The notes under the pieces are model-generated. The model was not told the origin of the DNA and ran no database searches. It saw only the letters and a program-made list of their open reading frames with translations. A stretch of 24,000 nt of DNA, from NCBI GenBank assembly GCA_023443025.1, contig JAEZWM010000016.1, positions 1 to 24,000 on the forward strand. The letters are read 5' to 3'. The stretch is from Bacillota bacterium. Lineage in GTDB: Bacteria; Bacillota; Clostridia; Tissierellales; Peptoniphilaceae. Position numbers and translations under genes: made by a program. This document shows, piece by piece, positions 1 to 7,822 of the stretch. Each line of letters starts with the position of its first letter. Positions within the stretch are counted from its first letter, which is position 1.

Positions 1-353
1 TAGGTAATACAAATAAGGCGATTAATTCTTTCTTAAATATAAATATGGGGAAGGATGACAATTACTTAGCCCTACATATGATCATTAGGCTTTTTAGAAA
101 TATTTTGAACATTAAAGACTATAAGCATGAAGGACTTAACAAAGCAGAAATCATGAAAAGAACGGGAATAAGTAATTTTGAATTTGGAAAACTAAGTGGT
201 TTTGAAGCGAGGATAGATCGGAAAACAATATTGGAAATATACGATATACTATACGATGTTGAAGTGAACCTTAAATCTTCGGTAGGAAACTTCGAAGACA
301 ATATGTTGTATCTAATCTCAAGTATTACAACTAAAATAAGAAGTCAAAACTAA
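1..353 (+). CDS. holA: DNA polymerase III delta subunit (HolA), C-terminal fragment; 5' end lies outside the window
   Basis: The frame of ORF 45..353 stays open back to base 3 (GNTNKAINSFLNIN-MGKDD...), so the gene is cut by the window edge. It has a helical Leu/Ile/Arg-rich C-terminal domain. It is convergent with rpsT, as in the Bacillus comEC-holA-rpsT-...-lepA map. The assignment rests mostly on synteny. Confidence 0.5.
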   Translation, partial: GNTNKAINSFLNINMGKDDNYLALHMIIRLFRNILNIKDYKHEGLNKAEIMKRTGISNFEFGKLSGFEARIDRKTILEIYDILYDVEVNLKSSVGNFEDNMLYLISSITTKIRSQN

Positions 354-363
354 AAAAAGAAAT

Positions 364-390
364 AGAAAAAACTTCCTGCTGGAAGTTTTT
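364..390. terminator. Bidirectional intrinsic terminator shared by holA and rpsT
   Basis: Stem AACTTCC (370-376), loop TGCT, stem GGAAGTT (381-387). It is flanked by an A-run on the left and a T-run on the right, so it gives a U-tract on either strand. It sits between two convergent stop codons. Confidence 0.65.
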
Positions 391-664
391 AAGCTATTTC
401 TTTAATTTTGTTATTTAATCTTCTTGATAAATTGCTCATTTGTCTCGCAGCAGCATTCTTGTGTAGAATATTTCTGTGTGCAGCTCTTTTTAGTTTCTTG
501 TCTACAAGCTTAAGAAGTTCTTTTGCTTCGTCTATATTATTTTCATCGATAGCAAGGTTTAGTTTTTTAACATAAGTCTTGAGTTCTGATTTTACGCTCT
601 TATTTATATCATGTTTAGTTTTGTTAACTTTGATTCTTTTTAATGCGGATTTAATATTAGCCAT
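389..664 (-). CDS. rpsT: 30S ribosomal protein S20
   Basis: MANIKSALKRIKVNKTKHD...HKNAAARQMSNLSRRLN is a typical S20. The ORF-track start at 673 is a GTG inside the SD. The ATG at 664 follows GGAGG (677-673 on the minus strand) by 8 nt. Confidence 0.95.
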   Translation of the reverse strand: MANIKSALKRIKVNKTKHDINKSVKSELKTYVKKLNLAIDENNIDEAKELLKLVDKKLKRAAHRNILHKNAAARQMSNLSRRLNNKIKEIA

Positions 665-694
665 TCGTTTCACCTCCTCAAGTTTAGCATAAGT

Positions 695-723
695 ATTCTA
701 TCATGAAAACCGGCATTATGCAA
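695..723 (-). promoter_or_regulatory. Sigma-A type promoter for rpsT
   Basis: Minus strand reads TTGCAT (723-718), a 17-nt spacer, then TAGAAT (700-695), about 20 nt upstream of the SD. Confidence 0.55.
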
Positions 724-792
724 GTTTAAAATATAAAATTTCCGATGAAAATTATCTGAGAATAATAAATAATAGCTTGAATATAGAGCATA

Positions 793-801
793 TGGTATAA
801 T
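793..801 (+). promoter_or_regulatory. Extended -10 element (TGgTATAAT), candidate lepB-lepA-hemW promoter
   Basis: TGGTATAAT at 793-801. TTGAAT at 777-782 is too close (13 nt) to serve as a proper -35, so the call rests on the extended -10 only. Confidence 0.4.
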
Positions 802-866
802 TCTTATGTGACTAAATTAATAATTTATTTTTAATATAGATTACTATTTATTTATTGGAGGATATG

Positions 867-1418
867 ATGGAAACTAGTAACGATAAAAAAGTAAAAAAAG
901 GAGATGGAGAATCCTTGTTCTCATGGATAAGAACGCTTTTAATATATGTACTTATAGCACTGTTTTTTAGATTCTTTATCTTTAATATAACCGTAGTAGA
1001 TGGTGAGTCCATGCTACCAACTCTACACGATGGAGATAAGCTTATAACAGAAAAGATCTCACTGTATTTTAAGAACATAAATAAAGGTGACATAGTAGTT
1101 GTACATGCACCTGATAGATCCGGGCAAAACTATATAAAAAGAGTTATCGGCATGGCAGGTGACCATGTTGAGATTGTAGATGCAAAACTATATATAAATG
1201 GAGAGCTTCAAAACGAAGACTATATAAATGGAAAGGATACATTCGCATATACTGACGTGACGAGTTGGGATATTAAAGAAGGACAGGTATTTGTCTTAGG
1301 AGACAATAGAAATGCGAGTAATGACAGCAGGTCATTTGGGCCAATAGATATTGGCGAAGTAGTAGGAATATCGGTATTAAGAATTTTTCCACTGAGTGGG
1401 ATAGGAACATTGAAGTAG
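867..1418 (+). CDS. lepB: Signal peptidase I (LepB/SipS family)
   Basis: N-terminal TM anchor. Catalytic Ser box GESMLPTL, Lys box YIKRVIG and [11 protein letters not shown] box are present. GGAGG at 857-861 makes ATG 867 (5-nt spacing) more likely than TTG 855 or ATG 864. Confidence 0.9.
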   Translation: METSNDKKVKKGDGESLFSWIRTLLIYVLIALFFRFFIFNITVVDGESMLPTLHDGDKLITEKISLYFKNINKGDIVVVHAPDRSGQNYIKRVIGMAGDHVEIVDAKLYINGELQNEDYINGKDTFAYTDVTSWDIKEGQVFVLGDNRNASNDSRSFGPIDIGEVVGISVLRIFPLSGIGTLK

Positions 1419-1428
1419 GGGGATTAGT

Positions 1429-3237
1429 TTGAAGATAGATAGAAAAAATATTAGAAACTTTTCGATTATAGCACATATAGATCATGGGAAGTCAACACTT
1501 GCGGACAGGTTGATAGAAAACACAGGTATGCTAACTAAAAGAGAAATGGAATCACAAGTACTGGACAGTATGGATCTCGAAAAAGAAAGAGGTATTACCA
1601 TAAAGCTTAAAGCCGTAAAGCTCTTTTATAAAGCAAAAGATGGCGAAACCTATATGCTCAACCTAATAGATACACCTGGGCATGTCGACTTTACATACGA
1701 AGTTTCAAGGAGTTTAGCGGCATGTGAAGGAGCAATACTAGTCGTAGATGCTACCCAAGGAGTTGAAGCACAAACACTTGCGAATGTCTACCTGGCACTG
1801 GATCAAGACCTTGAAATCCTTCCTGTTATCAACAAGATAGATCTACCTTCAGCAGATATTGAGAGGGTAAAGGATGAGATAGAAACCATAACAGGATTTG
1901 ATACAGAAGGCATACCGTTGATTTCAGCAAAGGCAGGACTAAATATCACTGACGTACTTGAAGACATAGTAGAAAATGTCCCTGCACCTGAGGGCGACGA
2001 AAATGCACCATTAAAGGCATTGATATTTGACTCATACTACGACAGCTATAGAGGAGTTGTATCCTTTGTAAGGGTAATGGATGGGAAGATAGAGCCTGGT
2101 ATGGAGATCATGATGATGTCTACAGGAAAATCATTTGAAGTAACGGAAGTAGGCTACAATGCTTCGGGAAGAGTGGATTTAGATGTACTGGAAGCAGGCG
2201 ATGTAGGCTATGTGGTTGCAAGTATAAAAAACGTAAAAGATGCCAGAGTTGGAGATACCATCACCGATAAAAACAATCCTGCCGGCGAGATGCTACCCGG
2301 ATATAAAAAAGTAACACCAATGGTTTACTGCGGAATATATCCTGCCGAAGGCGAAGAGTTTTCAGATGTTAGGGAAGCACTTGAAAAACTTCAAGTAAAC
2401 GATGCATCAATAGTTTTTGAGCCGGAGACGTCAGTAGCACTGGGCTTTGGATTTAGATGCGGGTTTTTAGGACTGCTTCATATGGAAATCATACAGGAGA
2501 GACTCGATAGAGAATTTGATTTAAATATAATTGCAACAGCTCCATCGGTTATCTACAATGTATACAAAAAAGACGGAACGATGATGACCATACAAAACCC
2601 AAGCAATCTACCCGAAGAAACTGAGATAGACTACATGGAAGAACCCATTGTAGATGCTCATATCATGACTCCCAGTTCATATGTTGGGCCGATTATGGAA
2701 CTTTGTCAAAACAAAAGGGGTACCTTTATAAATATGGAATACCTGGATGAAAACAGAGTAACTCTAAACTATGTACTACCACTAAACGAAGTCATATACG
2801 ACTTTTTTGATTCCTTAAAGTCTAAAACCCAAGGTTATGCTTCACTTGACTACGAACTTAAGGGATACCAAGAAGCGGAGCTTGTAAAACTGGATGTACT
2901 CATAAATGGAGAATTGGTCGATGCTTTTTCACTCATAGTCCATGAGGAAAAAGTTCATGAAAGAGCTAGAAATATAGTGGAAAGACTAAAAGATGAAATT
3001 CCAAGGCATCAATTTGCAGTACCAATCCAAGCTGCAATCGGATCTAAGATTATTGCAAGAGAAACGGTAAGAGCACTTAGAAAAGACGTACTCGCAAAAT
3101 GCTATGGTGGAGATATTTCAAGAAAGAAAAAGCTTCTTGAAAAACAAAAAGAAGGTAAGAAGCGTATGAGACAGATAGGCTCAGTGGAAGTTCCGCAACA
3201 AGCATTCTTAGCGGTATTAAAATATGATGAAAACTAG
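1429..3237 (+). CDS. lepA: Elongation factor 4 (translational GTPase LepA)
   Basis: [20 protein letters not shown] (G1), DTPGHVDF (G3), NKID (G4) and the conserved LepA C-terminal domain are present. The start is TTG, preceded by AGGGGGA. Confidence 0.97.
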   Translation: MKIDRKNIRNFSIIAHIDHGKSTLADRLIENTGMLTKREMESQVLDSMDLEKERGITIKLKAVKLFYKAKDGETYMLNLIDTPGHVDFTYEVSRSLAACEGAILVVDATQGVEAQTLANVYLALDQDLEILPVINKIDLPSADIERVKDEIETITGFDTEGIPLISAKAGLNITDVLEDIVENVPAPEGDENAPLKALIFDSYYDSYRGVVSFVRVMDGKIEPGMEIMMMSTGKSFEVTEVGYNASGRVDLDVLEAGDVGYVVASIKNVKDARVGDTITDKNNPAGEMLPGYKKVTPMVYCGIYPAEGEEFSDVREALEKLQVNDASIVFEPETSVALGFGFRCGFLGLLHMEIIQERLDREFDLNIIATAPSVIYNVYKKDGTMMTIQNPSNLPEETEIDYMEEPIVDAHIMTPSSYVGPIMELCQNKRGTFINMEYLDENRVTLNYVLPLNEVIYDFFDSLKSKTQGYASLDYELKGYQEAELVKLDVLINGELVDAFSLIVHEEKVHERARNIVERLKDEIPRHQFAVPIQAAIGSKIIARETVRALRKDVLAKCYGGDISRKKKLLEKQKEGKKRMRQIGSVEVPQQAFLAVLKYDEN

Positions 3238-4408
3238 TGAAAAAAGGCGTTTATACAACGCCTTTTCAAATTATCAAGATGAATTGCCAAGGGGGTTATA
3301 TGTCCACATTCCCTTTTGTAATCAAAAATGTTACTACTGCGATTTTCTATCCTATCAAAACCAGGAAAAGAGGATAGACGGATATATCAAATCACTTTTA
3401 AGAGAAATAGAGTTATATAAAGAAGAAAGACTTAGCATTAACACAATATACTTAGGAGGGGGAACTCCTTCATATATACCACATGAGCAAATAACTCGTA
3501 TATTAAATAAAATAAAGCAGACCTTCGATGTAGTGGAAGGTGCAGAAGTAACTATTGAAATCAACCCTGACCACATATCAGAAGCTGCAATCCATGCATA
3601 TCTGAAGGCAGGGATAAACAGAGCGTCTATCGGAATACAGACCTTTGATGAAGAGCTCCTTAGGCTAATAGGCAGGTCTCATACTGCCGGTCAAGCTGTG
3701 GATGCCGTTAAAGCGATTAGAAGATACGGATTTAAAAACATAAGTATAGACCTTATAAACGCAATCCCAAACCAAAGTGTAGAGCAAGCGGCAAGCGACA
3801 TCGATCGTGCTATTGACTTAGAACCGGACCATATCTCACTATACAGCTTAATAGTAGAGCCAAACACTCATATGTCAAAGATGATTAACTCGGGAGAACT
3901 TAAGGTAGTCGACGATGAAATAGATAGAGATATGTTCGCTAAAGCCAAAAGCCTATTATTAAAAAGCGACTACGAGCATTATGAAATATCAAATTTTGCA
4001 AAAGCCGGATACGAATCCATGCACAATCTAAAGTATTGGAAACTAGGAGAATATATTGGACTAGGACTTGGATCCGCTTCTCATTTTAGGGGAAAAAGAA
4101 CCACCAACACCGGAAGCTTTAAAGTTTATGATGAATTAATCCAAAGGGGAGAAAAACCACTTGAAAGCATAGAAGACATGGACTACGATACCTTAAAGGT
4201 AGACTTTATACTAATGGGGTTAAGACTGAGCAAAGGTATTGATAGAAATAGATATGCTGAAATATTTGGCGTGGATTTCTATAAGGAGTTTAGTGGACTA
4301 ATAGATTCCTTTGTCTCTAAAGGACATATGGTGGTCGATGAAGCTTCAGTTTACTTTACACAGTCAGGAATGGATATATCAAATAGTTTTTATGTTGAGA
4401 TTATTTAA
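3224..4408 (+). CDS. hemW: Radical-SAM HemN-like protein (heme chaperone HemW / coproporphyrinogen-III oxidase-like)
   Basis: CNQKCYYC radical-SAM cluster motif near the N-terminus and a GGGTPS motif. It lies immediately after lepA with a 14-nt overlap, as Bacillus hemN/yqeR does. Confidence 0.85.
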   Translation: MMKTSEKRRLYNAFSNYQDELPRGLYVHIPFCNQKCYYCDFLSYQNQEKRIDGYIKSLLREIELYKEERLSINTIYLGGGTPSYIPHEQITRILNKIKQTFDVVEGAEVTIEINPDHISEAAIHAYLKAGINRASIGIQTFDEELLRLIGRSHTAGQAVDAVKAIRRYGFKNISIDLINAIPNQSVEQAASDIDRAIDLEPDHISLYSLIVEPNTHMSKMINSGELKVVDDEIDRDMFAKAKSLLLKSDYEHYEISNFAKAGYESMHNLKYWKLGEYIGLGLGSASHFRGKRTTNTGSFKVYDELIQRGEKPLESIEDMDYDTLKVDFILMGLRLSKGIDRNRYAEIFGVDFYKEFSGLIDSFVSKGHMVVDEASVYFTQSGMDISNSFYVEII

Positions 4409-4475
4409 GTAGATTGTGAATTTAAATTATCTTTAACTGAAGAATTTGATATAATTACAATAGGAGTTGGTAATA

Positions 4476-5189
4476 ATGTATATAGCAGTCATCGATGACG
4501 ATAACCATATCATCACAAAGATTTGCGAGATAATAAATTTATACGCAGTTAAAAAACAATTAAATATCTCGATTGATGAATTTACTTCAGCTGAAGATTT
4601 TCTGAACTCATATAAAGCTGAACTCGAACCGGATCCGAGCTTTAAATACGATGCCATATTCTTAGATATTGAAATGGGAGAGTTAAGTGGAATTGAGCTG
4701 GGTGGCATCCTAAGGAATGAACTGAATAACTACACAACTCAAATAATCTACATTACAAGCCATGCAGGGTACATGCCAAAGGCTTATGATAATTGGGCAC
4801 TAGGATATATTGTAAAACCATTTGAAAGTGAAAACATCTATAAAGAACTGGATAAACTAATGAATATTGCAGTAAGCAGTGATTTAATCTATACATTTGT
4901 AGAAGACAGAGTAGAGAAAAAGGTATTGGTAAAGGACATAGTATGTTTTACAGTCAATATGAGGAGAGTAACACTTATAACCACCGATGCTATTCACGAG
5001 TTCAACGGAAGCCTCAAGCAGGTTTTTAGCGAACTACCGGAAGAAAAGTTTCTTAGAATTAACAAAAACACGGTAGTTCAAATCGGTCAAATTTCGGGTA
5101 TGACAACAGACAGTGTTATACTAAAAAATGGGGAATCCTTTGAAGTAAGTAGAAAATATTATCGCGATATAATGGAGAGGATAGAATGA
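4476..5189 (+). CDS. LytTR-family two-component response regulator
   Basis: Receiver domain with acidic pocket VIDDD, phospho-Asp context AIFLDIEM and conserved Lys in YIVKP. The C-terminal LytTR-type DNA-binding domain reads ...KDIVCF...FLRINKNTVVQ.... AGGAG at 4462-4466 sits 9 nt before ATG 4476; the track start TTG 4467 is less likely. Confidence 0.9.
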   Translation: MYIAVIDDDNHIITKICEIINLYAVKKQLNISIDEFTSAEDFLNSYKAELEPDPSFKYDAIFLDIEMGELSGIELGGILRNELNNYTTQIIYITSHAGYMPKAYDNWALGYIVKPFESENIYKELDKLMNIAVSSDLIYTFVEDRVEKKVLVKDIVCFTVNMRRVTLITTDAIHEFNGSLKQVFSELPEEKFLRINKNTVVQIGQISGMTTDSVILKNGESFEVSRKYYRDIMERIE

Positions 5190-6453
5190 ATCAGTTTACA
5201 TTGTTTTTTCTAGCTTTTCAAGTAATTGGAACTTTGATACTAATGCTTACAATGGATACCATATTGATAGAGTCAAAGGGCATTAAATATAAGATTTTGT
5301 ATTATACAGTACATCTTTTAATTAATACATTTACTTTCTTGTTAGTTAAGAATCCAATAATTCAATTTGCTACTAATTTAACAACGTTATACCTTTTGAC
5401 ATATTCTTATAAAAGTGATTCATATATGAGGATAGATGCGACGATAATTGTGTTAACAATCTTATCGGTATCTGAATTCTTGGTGTTTTTGTTAGTGGGT
5501 ATTTTTGATTTGTATTGGTATAGAAGATCTCAAATTGATACATATTCTGCATTTATATTAGTGTTGGTACTTAGATTATTGCTATATCTTATTATAAAAA
5601 GATTTAAAATATATGGTATTAAAAACATCGAAAAGAATCCTAGACGAATAATGCTGGTACTTCCATATGTTTTAGTAACAGCATTAACAATCATTATGAC
5701 TCAATCTTTAGAACATCCTATGACTAGGCTATTAATGGGGTCATTGGGGCTTGTAATTGTAATAATAATTCTTTATAGCTATAGTTTAATAATTAAATCC
5801 ACAAAAGATAAATATCAATTGGATTTAATTCGCATACAAAACGAACTTTATAGGAAAGAATTGGATCTTGTGCATTATCAAAACGAAAAGACCATGAAAC
5901 TTAGACATGATTTTAAAATATGGTATTGAAGATAAATGACTTGGCGGAAGGTAACAAAATAGATAAAATACAGCAGGTATTAAACAAATACTATATAAGC
6001 CAGTTAGAAAAGTCGTATGTAAATACGTCAAACAGTGATGTTGACAGTCTTCTAAATTATAAAATTGATGAGATGAAGAAACAGGATATAAAGTACAATT
6101 TAGACATACTTGTTCCCGCTACTCAGTTTATGGATGCATATGATTTTTTTGTGTTATTGGGAAATCTTATAGACAATGCTATCGAGGCAAACTTACAAAT
6201 AAGAGATAATAGATGGATAAACATTCGCATAGTACTTAAAGAACAGCTGCTTATCATAGAAGTTAGCAATCCAGTTAATCGTGAGTTAGAAATAAAAGAT
6301 GGGAAGCACATTGCAACGACAAAAGATGATTTAGGACATGGCTATGGACTAAAAAGCATAGACGAAATAGTAAAAAAATACAATGGCTCATTTGTACTGG
6401 AGCAAGATGACCATACCATAAATGCAAAAATAAAACTAATTTTAAATACTTAG
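5186..6453 (+). pseudogene. AgrC-like (HPK10 / HATPase_c_5) membrane sensor histidine kinase, split into two ORFs (5186..5929 and 5920..6453) by a 1-nt frameshift
   Basis: ORF1 carries 5-6 hydrophobic helices and ends ...KLRHDFKIWY*. ORF2 carries the N-box LLGNLIDNAIEA and the G-box GHGYGLKSIDEIV. Adding one A to the A4 run (5915-5918) gives a continuous ...KLRHDFKNMVLKINDL..., the RHD[FY]xN H-box of this kinase class. The start ATG overlaps the regulator's stop (ATGA). This could equally be a homopolymer sequencing error. Confidence 0.75.
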
Positions 6454-6462
6454 AATTTGTAA

Positions 6463-6498
6463 AAAAGAGGAGATTTGAAAAAAATAGCCTCTTTTTTT
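6463..6498 (+). terminator. Weak or possible terminator after the kinase gene
   Basis: AAGAGG...CCTCTT pairing with a long (about 17 nt) loop, followed by T7 (6492-6498). The loop length lowers confidence. Confidence 0.4.
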
Positions 6499-6533
6499 GC
6501 ATCTTATAACAACTAAACAGCATCTTATAACAA
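6499..6533 (+). promoter_or_regulatory. Pair of identical 14-bp direct repeats (GCATCTTATAACAA) at 21-bp phasing; candidate LytTR regulator binding site
   Basis: Copies at 6499-6512 and 6520-6533 are identical. The two-helical-turn spacing and the position just upstream of a -35-less promoter match the known architecture of LytTR sites (AgrA/ComE/PlnC type). Confidence 0.6.
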
Positions 6534-6558
6534 GTCAAGAAAAGTAGCATACATATTA

Positions 6559-6567
6559 TGTTATACT
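6559..6567 (+). promoter_or_regulatory. Extended -10 (TGtTATACT) of the activator-dependent promoter
   Basis: TG at 6559-6560 and TATACT at 6562-6567. The -35 position (6539-6544, GAAAAG) is non-consensus. The SD GAGGGA of the downstream gene is at 6591-6596. Confidence 0.45.
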
Positions 6568-6652
6568 TATATTGAACAAATTATACTTATGAGGGAATTA
6601 TACTATGTTATTTATGAATATTGGATAGGTTATACTAATAGTTGGAACAACT

Positions 6653-6985
6653 ATGGTTTATGCTGGAACAAGTTATGTAGAATATAGTACAACAGTTGGT
6701 AGGTTTAATGGTGCTGGATATACTTCTTATCAAACAAAGTCTATAAGCGGTGCAAATGGTATGTTATATTCAAGAAGTGTAGGTGGAGATTATGTTGTAG
6801 ATGCTCGAATGCAGAAAGATGATGGAGTGGCAGGGTTGTGGACTAGAGATGTAGATGATAATTCTAATTATTACCTAGATGGTCATGTAAGTCATTATAA
6901 TGGAAGCAGCGTAAGAGTTCAATTCTCTAATGATTGGAATACCACTGTAAATGTTCAAGTTGAAGGATCATGGAAAAGCAACTAA
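6653..6985 (+). CDS. Small Cys-free Gly/Ser/Tyr/Asn/Asp-rich protein of unknown family; likely originally secreted, with the ancestral start probably at ATG 6605 (in-frame TAG at 6626)
   Basis: Intact 110-codon ORF. Upstream in the same frame: ATG 6605 (GAGGGA SD 8 nt before), 7 codons, TAG, then VILIVGTT-MVYA|GTS, which reads as the h-region and AXA-type cleavage site of a signal peptide. ATG 6653 itself has no convincing SD. Confidence 0.6.
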   Translation: MVYAGTSYVEYSTTVGRFNGAGYTSYQTKSISGANGMLYSRSVGGDYVVDARMQKDDGVAGLWTRDVDDNSNYYLDGHVSHYNGSSVRVQFSNDWNTTVNVQVEGSWKSN

Positions 6986-7006
6986 AAAATAAATCGGAAA
7001 AATAAA

Positions 7007-7046
7007 AAATTATAGGAGACTATTCTATAATAGTCTCCTATAATTT
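7007..7046 (+). terminator. 18-bp perfect hairpin (4-nt loop) between the small gene and the transporter genes; probable partial terminator, attenuator or mRNA-stabilising stem
   Basis: 7007-7024 (AAATTATAGGAGACTATT) pairs without mismatch with 7029-7046, loop CTAT. Only a short T3 sits at the 3' end of the stem, so read-through into 7067.. is expected. Confidence 0.6.
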
Positions 7047-7066
7047 AGTTGATGGAAGGAGAAAAC

Positions 7067-7822
7067 ATGAGGTTACTATTTAATTCAATAAATCGACAAT
7101 CTATTATTGCGTCTATTACGGGATTTGTTTATCTAGTTGTATTAATTGGGCTAATTGTTATGAATAATAGGAATAGTATGATACATTATGCTATAAGTCC
7201 ATATATATATGCATCAGAACCAATTGATTTTTTCTTTTCTTTGATTGTTACTGTACCATTCGCAGTTTATACATTCTTTTTGAAGAAAGATCATTTTCTA
7301 GATTATGTTGAATTAAGAATTTCTCAAAGAAGATATGTATATATACATATAGTTTCAGTACTAATATCATGTATGATAATGGTTTTCATCGTTAATTTTA
7401 TAGGCGTGATATTTTCATGTAAAATTGCGAAAATTGTTCCTGTTGGCGACAAACCGTCACTTGCATATTATATTTTAGGGGATATGCAAATGTTTAAACC
7501 TATTATATTTGGTGCTATATGGTCGTTTTATAAAGCCATTGTGGGTGCAATAATATGTTTGTTTGCTCAAATAATAGCTCTATATGTCAGCAATTTGTTT
7601 TTAGCATTAATTTTCCCATTTATTTATGTTTTGCTTGAAAACTTTTTTACGTCAATTATTGGATTATCAAGATTTAGTTTGACTACAACATTTGTTTTAA
7701 ATAGGTTGACTCCAAATTCAATGAAAATAGGAAACATGATTATTGGGATTTTAATTTTTGTTGCTATAATTGTAGTTACCCATAAAATTTTGAGGATACG
7801 TTTAAAAAATGAAAGCTACTAA
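7067..7822 (+). CDS. Six-helix integral membrane protein, ABC-2-type permease-like
   Basis: About 6 hydrophobic segments by eye in about 250 aa, upstream of and translationally linked to further membrane and ATPase genes. AAGGAGA at 7056-7062 favours ATG 7067 (MRLLFNSINRQ...) over TTG 7049. Confidence 0.7.
   Translation: MRLLFNSINRQSIIASITGFVYLVVLIGLIVMNNRNSMIHYAISPYIYASEPIDFFFSLIVTVPFAVYTFFLKKDHFLDYVELRISQRRYVYIHIVSVLISCMIMVFIVNFIGVIFSCKIAKIVPVGDKPSLAYYILGDMQMFKPIIFGAIWSFYKAIVGAIICLFAQIIALYVSNLFLALIFPFIYVLLENFFTSIIGLSRFSLTTTFVLNRLTPNSMKIGNMIIGILIFVAIIVVTHKILRIRLKNESY

Noticed and set aside
4427-4460. LytTR box pair upstream of the response-regulator gene (autoregulation)
   Set aside because: Only a gapped, partial resemblance (TTATCTTTAACTGA, and TATAATTACAA about 21 nt later) to GCATCTTATAACAA. 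This is too degenerate to call. The TATAAT at 4450-4455 may simply be a constitutive -10.
5911-5919. Programmed -1 ribosomal frameshift at T-TTT-AAA-A to join the two kinase ORFs
   Set aside because: The heptamer does not fit the X-XXY-YYZ pattern. After a -1 slip the Lys-tRNA would face TAA. No downstream stimulatory hairpin or pseudoknot was seen. A simple 1-nt indel in a homopolymer is more parsimonious.
6475-6516. 13-codon ORF (TTG; MKKIASFFASYNN*) as a possible autoinducing-peptide precursor next to the kinase gene
   Set aside because: The SD-like AGAGGAG ends only 2 nt before the TTG. The ORF lies inside the putative terminator and overlaps the first LytTR repeat. It has no double-glycine leader or AgrD-like features.
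6626-6628. TAG recoded as a sense codon (pyrrolysine or reassigned amber) in the cargo gene
   Set aside because: TAG is plainly used as a terminator in this window (lepB, lepA, the kinase, dnaJ, prmA, rsmE, rpsU). No pyl genes or PYLIS-like context were seen, so a nonsense mutation or sequencing error is more likely.
6653-6985. Direct assignment of the small protein to the lactococcin-972 family
   Set aside because: Only the gene-cluster logic is similar. I could not find the motifs I associate with that family, and the protein is longer and net acidic. It is kept as an architectural analogy pending an HMM search.
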